Shown piece after piece: positions 19,044 to 28,420 of a stretch of DNA of 48,474 nt (positions are counted from its first letter, which is position 1; each line of letters begins with the position of its first letter). The position numbers were made by a program, and so were the translations under genes. The DNA comes from Thermoplasmatota archaeon (GTDB lineage: Archaea; Thermoplasmatota; E2; DHVEG-1). The notes under the pieces were generated by a model. It saw only the letters and a list, made by a program, of their open reading frames with translations. It was not told the DNA's origin and searched no databases. The stretch spans positions 1 through 48,474 of the forward strand of contig JAJISJ010000002.1 in the NCBI GenBank assembly GCA_022848765.1, written 5' to 3'.

Positions 19044-21359
19044 ATGTTAGAAGGACAAATACCAATTGAAGATTATGAATCAGGAAATACAAAAAACAAA
19101 TGGAATTTAAATAAAATCAAGTTAGAACATAAAACAATTAGCGAATATAACTATATTAAAAAGGATATTCAAAAGGGATACGCCAATCGAACATTATATA
19201 TTAATCTAAATGAAGGAATCATTAAAGAGAAAAAAGTCACAGAAGATATGAAAAAACTTTTCACTGGTGGAAGAGGATTTGGATTAAAATTATTGTGGGA
19301 TTCAATTAAATCCAATACAAGATGGAATAGTAATGAAAATGAACTAATTATCACAACTGGTCCTTTATGTGGAACCACCCAATACCCTGGCTCTGGTAAA
19401 TCACTTTGCCTCACTATTTCTCCATCAACAGATATTATTTGTGATAGCAATGTTGGTGGATTTTTTGGCCCTTATTTAAAATTTGCAGGTTTTGATGCTG
19501 TTGAAATTCAAGGTAAAGCTAAAGAAGATGTTATAATTATAATTGATGGAGAAAAAGGGAAAATTTCTATTGAAACAGCTCCTCTTGAAGAAACTAATTC
19601 ACATATGATTAGTCAACAGTTAACGCAAATGTATTCTTCAGAAGACGATGATAAATCCAGACAAAAAATTTCTATTGTGTCTGCTGGAATGGGAGCTGAA
19701 AATAGTTATTGGGGTTGTCTTAATTTTTCATTTTATGATATTCGTAGAAAAATTCCTCGTTTAAAACAAGCGGGTAGAGGAGGATTAGGGACAGTTCTGC
19801 GAGATAAAAAAATTAAAGCTATTTTAACTAAGGTTGAGAAATTTGATGGTGTTTCAAATAATCCTGCTGATTCCGTAACTCTTGCAAAAGTTGGAACTAA
19901 ACTTCACAGAGAAATTAGGGATCTGGATAGATATCAATGTAATATGCGAGCTGTGGGTACTGTTCATTTAGTTGAAATAATGGATGAATATGATTTATTA
20001 CCAACTGAGAATTATAGATTTGGTAGTTTTCCTAAGGCATCTAAGTTATATTCACAAAATTTTTATAAGCTTTTTACAAAAATAATTCCTGATGGTTGCT
20101 GGCATGGTTGCACAATGGCTTGTGCAAAAACAGTTGATCACTTTACTGTTATGACAGGACCATATAAAGGAGAAAAAGTAACTGTTGATGGTCCAGAGTA
20201 TGAAACTGTTGGATGTGGATCAAATATGAGCATATGGGATCCTTTATGGGTTTTAGAATTTAATTTCTATTGTGATACATATGGTTTAGATACGATTTCT
20301 ACAGGAACCTCAATAGCATTTTATATGGAGATGTATGAATATGGTATTTTAAATAAAAAAAGATGTGATGGGATTGAATTATGTTTCGGTAATGCTGAAG
20401 CAGTTTTAGAAGTCATACATAGAATTGCAAGTGGGGATAAAGGTGAATTTATAAGTATTGCTAGTAAGGGTATTAGACGAGTGAAAGATTGGTTGATTAA
20501 AAATAATTGGGGAGATATTGGAATAATTGAAGATTGTGGAATGGAAAGTAAAGGTCTTGAATACTCTGAATATGTAACTAAAGAATCTCTAGCTATGCAA
20601 GGTGGCTATGGTTTAACTTTAAAGGGACCACAACATGATGAAGCATGGTTAATATTTATGGATATGGTAAATAATTCAATTCCAACTTTTAAAGATAAAG
20701 CAGAAGCATTGCATTACTTTCCAATGTGGAGAACATGGTTTGGATTAAATGGACTGTGTAAATTACCTTGGAATGACGTTGAACCTAGTAATAATCCTAA
20801 AACTGATGATCCGTCAAAAGTTCCAGAACATGTTCAAAATTATGTTGATTATCAAAATGCTGTAACTGGTTGGAACGTAGATAAAGAAGAATTAATTTTG
20901 CAAAGTGAGCGATGCTATAATTGGCAAAGAGCTATGAATGTTTGGCTAGGAAGAGGTTCAAGAAAAGATGATTGGATTCCTTATAGATCTATGGGCCCTG
21001 TTACAGTGATGGAATATATCTCAAGAAGAGAACGATATGATAAATATTTGAATGAAAAAATTGGAATTTCTGAAGGAAAAATTGAAAAAATGAAAATCGA
21101 GGAAAAAATAAAAATAATTTATGATTATAGACAGGATCAATATCAAAAACTATCTGATGCAGTTTATTATCGACGTGGATGGACACCTAATGGAGTACCA
21201 ACTCCGAATAAAATGAAAAAATTAGGTTTCACGGATCCTAAGATGTTAAAAATACTAAAAGATAAAATTATTACGGATGAAAAAGCTGGACTAAATATTT
21301 GGGGCGGAAAATATAATAATAAAGAAAAAAACCCAAATGATGGAATAAAATATTGGTAA
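19044..21359 (+). CDS. Tungsten-containing aldehyde:ferredoxin oxidoreductase (AOR/WOR family)
   Basis: GGRGFG, TGPL.GT, DSNVGG.FG..LK.AG.D, AGRGGLG, CWHGCTMAC, GPEYET, pterin-binding D.YGLDTIS, GLCKLPW, YY.RGW...GVPT. Confidence 0.93.
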   Translation: MLEGQIPIEDYESGNTKNKWNLNKIKLEHKTISEYNYIKKDIQKGYANRTLYINLNEGIIKEKKVTEDMKKLFTGGRGFGLKLLWDSIKSNTRWNSNENELIITTGPLCGTTQYPGSGKSLCLTISPSTDIICDSNVGGFFGPYLKFAGFDAVEIQGKAKEDVIIIIDGEKGKISIETAPLEETNSHMISQQLTQMYSSEDDDKSRQKISIVSAGMGAENSYWGCLNFSFYDIRRKIPRLKQAGRGGLGTVLRDKKIKAILTKVEKFDGVSNNPADSVTLAKVGTKLHREIRDLDRYQCNMRAVGTVHLVEIMDEYDLLPTENYRFGSFPKASKLYSQNFYKLFTKIIPDGCWHGCTMACAKTVDHFTVMTGPYKGEKVTVDGPEYETVGCGSNMSIWDPLWVLEFNFYCDTYGLDTISTGTSIAFYMEMYEYGILNKKRCDGIELCFGNAEAVLEVIHRIASGDKGEFISIASKGIRRVKDWLIKNNWGDIGIIEDCGMESKGLEYSEYVTKESLAMQGGYGLTLKGPQHDEAWLIFMDMVNNSIPTFKDKAEALHYFPMWRTWFGLNGLCKLPWNDVEPSNNPKTDDPSKVPEHVQNYVDYQNAVTGWNVDKEELILQSERCYNWQRAMNVWLGRGSRKDDWIPYRSMGPVTVMEYISRRERYDKYLNEKIGISEGKIEKMKIEEKIKIIYDYRQDQYQKLSDAVYYRRGWTPNGVPTPNKMKKLGFTDPKMLKILKDKIITDEKAGLNIWGGKYNNKEKNPNDGIKYW

Positions 21360-21382
21360 TTATTATAAATATTTAATATTAT

Positions 21383-21979
21383 ATGAAATATAATAATTTT
21401 AATGAAATAAGAAATATACTATTTAATTCTAGTGTTGGTATTGCTGGATTAGGAGGTCTTGGATCAAACGCAGCAGTATCTCTCGCTCGTGCTGGAATAG
21501 GTCGTTTAGTATTAATCGATTTTGACATAATCGAAGAAGAAAATCTAAGTAGGCAATATTATTTTCTCGACCAAATTGGTAAGAGTAAAGTAGAAGCGAT
21601 TGAAGAAAATATTAAAAGAATAAATCCAGAGATTGAATTAGAATTACATAAATTAGAATTAAAAAAGGGATCTATGTCAGAATTATTTTCTAATGTAGAT
21701 GTAATAATTGAGGCATTAGATGATGCTAAAATAAAAACAGAGTTTATTGAGGAAATATTATTAACACTTCCAAATAAATCAATTGTATCAGCATCAGGAG
21801 TTACAGGTTATGGAAATTCAGATAGACTTGAAACAAAAAAATTAGGTAAATTATATTTATGCTATGACGCTAAAGCATTATCGAGTGAAGACGATATGCT
21901 TTATGCCCCGCGTGTTTGTTTAATTGCTAATTGGGAAGCAAATTTAGCAATCGAAATATTATTGGATGAAAGTCAATGA
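21383..21979 (+). CDS. thiF: ThiF/MoeB-family sulfur-carrier adenylyltransferase (short form without the Zn motif)
   Basis: GIAGLGGLGS, DFD.IEEENL.RQ, IG.SKV, DVIIEALD, APRV...AN. Confidence 0.85.
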   Translation: MKYNNFNEIRNILFNSSVGIAGLGGLGSNAAVSLARAGIGRLVLIDFDIIEEENLSRQYYFLDQIGKSKVEAIEENIKRINPEIELELHKLELKKGSMSELFSNVDVIIEALDDAKIKTEFIEEILLTLPNKSIVSASGVTGYGNSDRLETKKLGKLYLCYDAKALSSEDDMLYAPRVCLIANWEANLAIEILLDESQ

Positions 21980-22176
21980 CAATAGAAGTGAATGGTAGAA
22001 AAATTGATTGGATTGAGAATGAATCTGTAACAAAATTGTTAAAAAGAATGAAATACACCTTTCCATTGGTTGTTGTAAAAATAAATGATAAAATTGTTTT
22101 AAGAAGTGATTTTAAAATAAAAGTTATTCCTGATAATTCAAATATTGATGTTATACATATGATAAGTGGTGGATAA
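21976..22176 (+). CDS. thiS: ThiS/MoaD-family ubiquitin-like sulfur carrier
   Basis: 66 aa, I.VNG start, VVVKIN, C-terminal ISGG; overlaps the thiF stop. Confidence 0.88.
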   Translation: MTIEVNGRKIDWIENESVTKLLKRMKYTFPLVVVKINDKIVLRSDFKIKVIPDNSNIDVIHMISGG

Positions 22177-22191
22177 AAAATAATTTAATAT

Positions 22192-23115
22192 TCATACTAT
22201 TGAATTCGAAACTGTTATAATCGAAAAACTTATCGCAAATAAAAAATAAGTCAAATACATTAATGTCCATGCAGAAGTATTTTCAAGAAATTTCCTTTTT
22301 GAATTATCTCTAACCATTAAATAAAATATTAAATACCCCGGAATAGAAAAAATAGTTAAAAACCAATAATAGGATTCAAATATACCATTATTAATTAATA
22401 TTGGAATAATAATAAATGGAAAAAATAGAAATGGAAAAGAAATGACTGCAGCTTTTTTATTTCCAAAAGTATTAATTAGAGTATGGGCTCCATTTATTTT
22501 ATCAGCTTCTTTATCAATTATATCTTTTGTAATAGACCCGCCAATTAAAAATAACATTGAAATAAATCCAATAGATATTGGCAACAATTGCAAATTATAA
22601 TTAAAAACACTCCAAGATGCTAAAACTCCTAAAAAACCTCTAGGGATTGCTACCCATAATTGATTAAAAAATAAGAAATTTTTCATTCTTGGAGGAATTG
22701 AGTATGTTATTGTAAAAATTGAAATGAATACCACATATAAGGTAAAAACCATATTTATTAATGTTGAAAGATATAATGCAGATAGATATAATATTATTGA
22801 AAGAATGCAGGCTTCTTTTATACTTACAAATCCTTGCGGAATGGGTCTATATGATTTTGAGATCATATCTGATTTAATATCTGAAGCTTGGTTTAATGAA
22901 TTTGAAGCTGCATTTAATATTGATAAGCATAAACTTGCTGGTAATATTGTATTCCAAAATACTGAATATATATCATATCTTCCTAAATAATAAAAACTTG
23001 AAATCATTATAGATATCGAGACAATAATTGGAGCTAATAATGTAAAAGGTCGAATTAAACTAATAAATCCTTTAACTCGATTTATAAAAATTGGTTTAAA
23101 CAAATAATAAGTCAT
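22192..23115 (-). CDS. UbiA-family prenyltransferase (possibly DGGGP synthase-like)
   Basis: LIRP, NQASDIKSD...RPIPQG, YS.PP and KDIIDKEAD Asp-rich motifs; multi-pass membrane protein. Confidence 0.85.
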   Translation of the reverse strand: MTYYLFKPIFINRVKGFISLIRPFTLLAPIIVSISIMISSFYYLGRYDIYSVFWNTILPASLCLSILNAASNSLNQASDIKSDMISKSYRPIPQGFVSIKEACILSIILYLSALYLSTLINMVFTLYVVFISIFTITYSIPPRMKNFLFFNQLWVAIPRGFLGVLASWSVFNYNLQLLPISIGFISMLFLIGGSITKDIIDKEADKINGAHTLINTFGNKKAAVISFPFLFFPFIIIPILINNGIFESYYWFLTIFSIPGYLIFYLMVRDNSKRKFLENTSAWTLMYLTYFLFAISFSIITVSNSIV

Positions 23116-23255
23116 AAAAATATGTTTAGTATTGTTAGATTATAAACATTATTTAACAATCCTTATCAATTTAGTAAAATAAACTAAATATTAAAATAAA
23201 TAAGGATATTTGTATTCTTAAAATAATAAAAATTTTGAAAAAAGGATGAAAAATA

Positions 23256-23834
23256 ATGTCAGAATTCAGAGGATTTATTGCAATAGACATCAATACTAAT
23301 AATAATATTGAAAAATTTGTGAAAGAGTTAAAAAATTCAGGTGCAATTATTAAGCTAGTTGAATTAAAAAATATTCATATAACAATAAAATTTCTTGGCA
23401 AAATAAGTGATAATATTATAGAAAAAATCGAAGATATTATAAAAAATGCTACAAATAGTATTCAACCTTTTCAAATTAAACTAGAAGGAACAGGTGTTTT
23501 TCCAAATCAGGATTATATAAAAATTATTTGGATAGGTATAAAAAAAACAGAAATTCTCAAAAATATTACTAAAAAAATTGAATATGGTTTAAATAATTTA
23601 AATTTTGTAAATAAAACGCAAGAATTTTCTCCCCATATCACAATTGGCCGAGTTAAATCTGCTAAGGATAAGGATAAAATATTAGAAATAATTGAAAAAT
23701 ATAAAAATACAAAATTTTCAGAAATTTTAATTGATTCAATAAAACTAAAAAAAAGTGAATTAACTTCAAAAGGACCAATTTATACAGATTTAATTAAAGT
23801 AGATTTTAATAAAGGAGTTGATAAATGTAACTAA
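23256..23834 (+). CDS. thpR: RNA 2',3'-cyclic phosphodiesterase (2H family, LigT/ThpR)
   Basis: R.FIAID, two HxT motifs (HITIKFLG, PHITIGRVK), S.LT..GPIY. Confidence 0.93.
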   Translation: MSEFRGFIAIDINTNNNIEKFVKELKNSGAIIKLVELKNIHITIKFLGKISDNIIEKIEDIIKNATNSIQPFQIKLEGTGVFPNQDYIKIIWIGIKKTEILKNITKKIEYGLNNLNFVNKTQEFSPHITIGRVKSAKDKDKILEIIEKYKNTKFSEILIDSIKLKKSELTSKGPIYTDLIKVDFNKGVDKCN

Positions 23835-24606
23835 TTATTGGTTATTGATTCTTGTTTTATCTAACTTAATATTATATTTAATTTTCGACCACCTGTTAAT
23901 TCCAGAAAAAAAATGGATGCACAATATAATTAAATTTTTTGAAAATTCAAAAATTTATTTAAAATATATGATAATAATTGTAATTGTTGTTTCCATACAT
24001 CTTATTGAAGTTAATATAATAGATCAAATAATAACTGATTGGATTGGAATAGATTTTGCGAACACAATACAGAATATTGAAGGAAATATTGTTTATAATT
24101 TTTCAAAATTATGGCAATCATTTTTCGTCTATTTTTTTGTAATAATCTATATAATTATTTATCCTTTTACACTTTGGTTTTCACCGTATTATTTTATTTT
24201 AAAAAAAAATAAAAAATCAATAGTGATCCTGGCATATGGTTTATTAATAATCTATATTTTTGCTATGCCATTTTATCTTTTTTTACCAGTAACTAATGTA
24301 TATACATTTTATAATCTAGATTCAACATTAAATAGTGTTATACCAAACATTGAAAGATTTTTTTATTTTACAACAACTCAAAATAATTGTTTTCCATCAT
24401 TACATGTAGCTATGTCAATATTAATAGCGCGTGCAGGATTATTAACAAAAAATAAATATTACTCATTTTTCTTAATTTTTTCAATGGTATCAGTTATAAT
24501 ATCTGTAATATATTTAGCAATACATTGGATAACAGATATAATATTTGGAATTATATTTGCTATTCTAGCAATACTCATATTGAATAAAACAATAACGGTT
24601 GATTAA
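23818..24606 (+). CDS. PAP2/Aur1-like integral membrane phosphatase or phosphotransferase
   Basis: NCFPSLHVA and IYLAIHWITDI catalytic motifs, multiple TM helices; start uncertain (TTG 23818 or a later ATG). Confidence 0.8.
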   Translation: MINVTNYWLLILVLSNLILYLIFDHLLIPEKKWMHNIIKFFENSKIYLKYMIIIVIVVSIHLIEVNIIDQIITDWIGIDFANTIQNIEGNIVYNFSKLWQSFFVYFFVIIYIIIYPFTLWFSPYYFILKKNKKSIVILAYGLLIIYIFAMPFYLFLPVTNVYTFYNLDSTLNSVIPNIERFFYFTTTQNNCFPSLHVAMSILIARAGLLTKNKYYSFFLIFSMVSVIISVIYLAIHWITDIIFGIIFAILAILILNKTITVD

Positions 24607-24609
24607 AAA

Positions 24610-25977
24610 ATGAATGAAATGGAAAAAATTGATAAAGAAGTAATAAAAAATATTACACCCACTAAGAAAGAATACTATGAACTAAATAAAACAATAAATA
24701 GAATAAAAAATTTAATTAATCAAGAAATTAAAATTAGAAAATTACCTGCAAAAATTGAATTAGTAGGATCCACTGCAAAAAACACATACCTAAGAGATAA
24801 TTTAGATATTGATATTTTTTTATTATTTCCAACATCATATTCCAAGATTAAATTTTCAAAAAACTCAATTCTCATTGGGAAAAAAATCCTTATAAATTCA
24901 GAAGAATCCTATGCCGAACATCCTTATATAAGAGGTTATTATGAAAATTATAAAGTTGAAATAGTTCCATGTTATAAAATTGAAAAAGCATCTCAAAAAC
25001 TTTCTGCAGTAGATAGAACACCTTTACATACAAAATATATTAGAAAAAAATTAAAGGAATATCAAAAAAATGAGGTACGTCTTTTAAAACAATTTTTAAT
25101 TGGTATAGGGTGTTATGGTGCTGAAGCAGATGTTGAAGGTTTCTCTGGTTATTTATGTGAAATATTAATATTAGAATTTAGATCATTTAAAGATTTAGTT
25201 AAAAAAGCATCTAGTTGGAGTTATGGTGAAAAATTTTCTATAGATAAGATAAACATTCCCTTATTTGATACCCCCCTTACATTTATAGATCCTGTTGATT
25301 ATGAAAGAAATGTAGCTTCCGCTTTATCAAATGAAAAATTTGAACTTTTTATTTTTGCATGCAAAAAATATATTGAAAAACCGAGTACGAATTTTTTCTT
25401 CCCTAATAAAATAATTCCTTGGTCAATAAAAAAAATCAAAAACGAAATTAAAAAACAAGATGCTTTATTCATTGGAGTTATATTACCCAAACCAGATATA
25501 ATAATTGAAAATTTATATCCACAAATAAGAAAAGCTGCAAAATCAATATCAGTTACATCAAAAAAATATGGATTTAAGATATCAGATGTTTTATATCATA
25601 TCGAAGAAATAAAAAATGAAATCTTTATCATATTAAAATTAGATAAAAAACCTCTTTCAGAAACATATGAACATATGGGACCACCTGTTAAACATAAAAA
25701 AAATGTTAAAAGTTTTTTTGAAAAATGGGAAAATAATAAAAAAACAATAAAAAAACCATATGAGAAAAATGATAGGATTTTTGTTGAAATAAAACGGGAT
25801 TATATTGATATTAAGGATTTTTTACGTAATAATCTTGATGAATTAAGTTTAGGAAAACATCTTGATAAAATTGATAACGAAAAAATATATATTGTTGATT
25901 ATGAAAAAATCATAACAGATAATCTTAGCTGTTTTTGGACGAAATATCTAGATGGAAAGATGAGATGGGAAAGATGA
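24610..25977 (+). CDS. cca: Class I CCA-adding tRNA nucleotidyltransferase
   Basis: VGSTAKNTYL...DIDIF, YAEHPY, EIVPCY, SAVDRTP.H, EVRLLK.F, GFSGYLCE, DPVD.ERNVA. Confidence 0.95.
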   Translation: MNEMEKIDKEVIKNITPTKKEYYELNKTINRIKNLINQEIKIRKLPAKIELVGSTAKNTYLRDNLDIDIFLLFPTSYSKIKFSKNSILIGKKILINSEESYAEHPYIRGYYENYKVEIVPCYKIEKASQKLSAVDRTPLHTKYIRKKLKEYQKNEVRLLKQFLIGIGCYGAEADVEGFSGYLCEILILEFRSFKDLVKKASSWSYGEKFSIDKINIPLFDTPLTFIDPVDYERNVASALSNEKFELFIFACKKYIEKPSTNFFFPNKIIPWSIKKIKNEIKKQDALFIGVILPKPDIIIENLYPQIRKAAKSISVTSKKYGFKISDVLYHIEEIKNEIFIILKLDKKPLSETYEHMGPPVKHKKNVKSFFEKWENNKKTIKKPYEKNDRIFVEIKRDYIDIKDFLRNNLDELSLGKHLDKIDNEKIYIVDYEKIITDNLSCFWTKYLDGKMRWER

Positions 25978-26020
25978 ATTTTAATAATAAATCAGATGTA
26001 ATATTAAAAAAATTAAAACT

Positions 26021-26797
26021 ATGAAAAAAATTGGAGTATATACAAATAATTTTTCTTTATATCACGATTTATTAGAAGTTCTTAAAAGAAGAAAAATCCC
26101 GTATATTTCCTTATCTTCTAAAAAAAATATTTCAAATAAAATTGGTGTAATAATAACATCACACGATGAGCTTCATAATATTAAGTTAAAAAAAGTAATT
26201 GCAGCGGATATTTATGATAACCTTGATCAAGTTGTAGATATAGCAATTCAGACGATAGTTGGTAAAGATCTATATTCAAGATTAATTATTGGAATAGATC
26301 CAGGCGAAAAACCTGGAATAGCTTTAATTGCAGACGATATCATATTAAAAAAAACAAATGTAAATTCTCCAGAAATAATATTAGAATCTATTAAAAGATA
26401 TTTAAAAGAATACCCTTCAATTAGTACATTAATAAGGATAGGAGATGGATCTCTAATTCATCGAAATAGAATAATAAATCTGTTAATAGATCTAGATATT
26501 CCAATCGAAATTGTAAACGAAAAAAAAACTACTATAACTCAAAATAAAGGAAGATATAATAAAGATAGCGAAGCAGCAGCAGCTATTGCATTAATTAATG
26601 GTATTAAAGTTCAAAAAATGCAACCGATAAAAATTACCAGAGGAGATATCAAAAGAATTCAAGAAGAAAGTAGAAAAATTACGGAGGGTAAATTTTCAAT
26701 ATCTGAAAAAACCGCAATGTCTGTATTAAAAGGTAATATTAATTTATTGGATGCGATAGAATCTGATAGACTTTATAAAAAACCCAAACATTTATGA
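26021..26797 (+). CDS. Conserved hypothetical protein with RNase H-like (YqgF/RuvC-like) nuclease fold
   Basis: IIGIDPG..PGIA, IRIGDG, EIVNE..TT and D..AA.AIA give a D/E/D triad pattern. Confidence 0.65.
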   Translation: MKKIGVYTNNFSLYHDLLEVLKRRKIPYISLSSKKNISNKIGVIITSHDELHNIKLKKVIAADIYDNLDQVVDIAIQTIVGKDLYSRLIIGIDPGEKPGIALIADDIILKKTNVNSPEIILESIKRYLKEYPSISTLIRIGDGSLIHRNRIINLLIDLDIPIEIVNEKKTTITQNKGRYNKDSEAAAAIALINGIKVQKMQPIKITRGDIKRIQEESRKITEGKFSISEKTAMSVLKGNINLLDAIESDRLYKKPKHL

Positions 26798-26828
26798 ATT
26801 TATCATATATGCGCATTTGGATACAATA

Positions 26829-28379
26829 ATGAATGTAAAAAGAGCCTTAGTTAGTGTTTCAAATAAAGGGGATATAATTGAATTTATAAAGGGTTTAGAA
26901 AGACTTAATATTGAAATAATTTCGACAGGCGGAACAGCAAATTTTTTAAAAAAATCAAATATAAAAATTAAAGAAGTATCAGAATTAACAAATTTTCCTG
27001 AGATGTTAAATGGGAGAGTAAAAACACTACATCCAATAATATATGCAGGTATATTAGCAATTAGGGAAAATAAAAAACACATGGATACTATAAATAAACA
27101 CAAGATAAAACCAATTGACATAGTTATATGTAATCTATACCCTTTTGAAGAGACAATAAAAAAACAAAACATAACATGGCAGGAGGTTATTGAAAATATT
27201 GATATTGGAGGTCCTACATTAATTCGAGCTGCAGCAAAAAATTACAAAGATGTTATTGTTGTGACAAATACAAAACAATATGATCCTATATTAAAATCTT
27301 TGAAATTAAACGGAAATTTAAACATTAAAGAAAGGGAAAAACTTGCTATTGAAGCATTTACTCACACATCAATATATGATTCAATAATCTCCAATTATTT
27401 TAGAGAAAAATTAGATAATGAAAGATTCCCTAATGAAAAAGTAATAGCATTAAAAAAATTAATATCAATGAGATATGGTGAAAATCCTCATCAAAAAGGA
27501 ATTTTATATAAATCAATACCTGAAATTCTTGAACCTTGCATTTCAAATTCAGTAAAACTACAAGGCAAAGACCTCTCATATAATAACATTTTAGATAGTG
27601 ATTGTGCTATTGAATGTATTAAAGAATTTGATGATCCAACTTGTGTGATAATAAAACATGCAACCCCTTGTGGTATTGCAAGTCATCATAATTTATTGAA
27701 TGCATGGTATGATGCTTATGCAACTGATACATATTCACCATTTGGTGGAATAGTATCATTTAATAGAGAAGTTAATGGGATTATTGCAAAAGAACTTTCA
27801 AAAATATTTTTAGAAGTTATTATTGCACCAGCATATTCAAAAGATGCATTAAAAATATTTAGTGAAAAAAAGAATTTGAGACTAATAATGTTAAAAGATT
27901 TAGATAAAAAAATTATTAGAAAAGGATTTGTAATAAAAAGTATTGTAGGTGGTTTTTTATCTCAAGAAAGAGATATAAAAATTATTAACAAAAATGATTG
28001 GAAAATTGTTACAAAAAAAATACCAAACAAAAATGAATTAAAATCTATGGAATTTGCAGTAAAATGTGTTAAACATATAAAATCAAATTCAGTGGTTTTT
28101 GTTAAAGATACTAAAACTGTTGCAATTGGTGGAGGTCAAACCGCTAGAGTTGATGCAGCATGGATTGCAACGCATAAAGGAAAAACAAATATTAATAATT
28201 CAATAATGGCAAGTGATGCCTTCTTTCCATTTAGAGATGGAATAGACGTAGCTGCTGAAGCTGGAGTTAAAGCAATAATTCAACCTGGAGGTTCAATCCG
28301 TGATGATGAGGTAATAAATGCAGCAAATGAACATGATATTTCAATGGTATTTTCAGGACAAAGATACTTTAGACATTAA
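26829..28379 (+). CDS. purH: Bifunctional AICAR transformylase/IMP cyclohydrolase
   Basis: RALVSVSNK, STGGT, GRVKTLHP, NLYPF, ENIDIGGPT, RYGENPHQ, KHATPCG, ASDAFFPF, QPGGS.RD. Start ATG 26829 (ORF track: TTG 26817). Confidence 0.96.
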   Translation: MNVKRALVSVSNKGDIIEFIKGLERLNIEIISTGGTANFLKKSNIKIKEVSELTNFPEMLNGRVKTLHPIIYAGILAIRENKKHMDTINKHKIKPIDIVICNLYPFEETIKKQNITWQEVIENIDIGGPTLIRAAAKNYKDVIVVTNTKQYDPILKSLKLNGNLNIKEREKLAIEAFTHTSIYDSIISNYFREKLDNERFPNEKVIALKKLISMRYGENPHQKGILYKSIPEILEPCISNSVKLQGKDLSYNNILDSDCAIECIKEFDDPTCVIIKHATPCGIASHHNLLNAWYDAYATDTYSPFGGIVSFNREVNGIIAKELSKIFLEVIIAPAYSKDALKIFSEKKNLRLIMLKDLDKKIIRKGFVIKSIVGGFLSQERDIKIINKNDWKIVTKKIPNKNELKSMEFAVKCVKHIKSNSVVFVKDTKTVAIGGGQTARVDAAWIATHKGKTNINNSIMASDAFFPFRDGIDVAAEAGVKAIIQPGGSIRDDEVINAANEHDISMVFSGQRYFRH

Positions 28380-28420
28380 AATACCAAATTTCATAAAATA
28401 AAAATTTATATAGAATATAT

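Noticed and set aside
19038-19046. Ferredoxin TAG is in frame with the AOR ATG (TAG ATA ATG), and rpl29 TAG abuts the aIF1 ATG; possible amber readthrough or pyrrolysine
   Set aside because: TAG ends rpl23, rpl2, rpl29 and rps14 at their normal C-termini, and the AOR has its own GGAG RBS, so TAG is a plain stop here.
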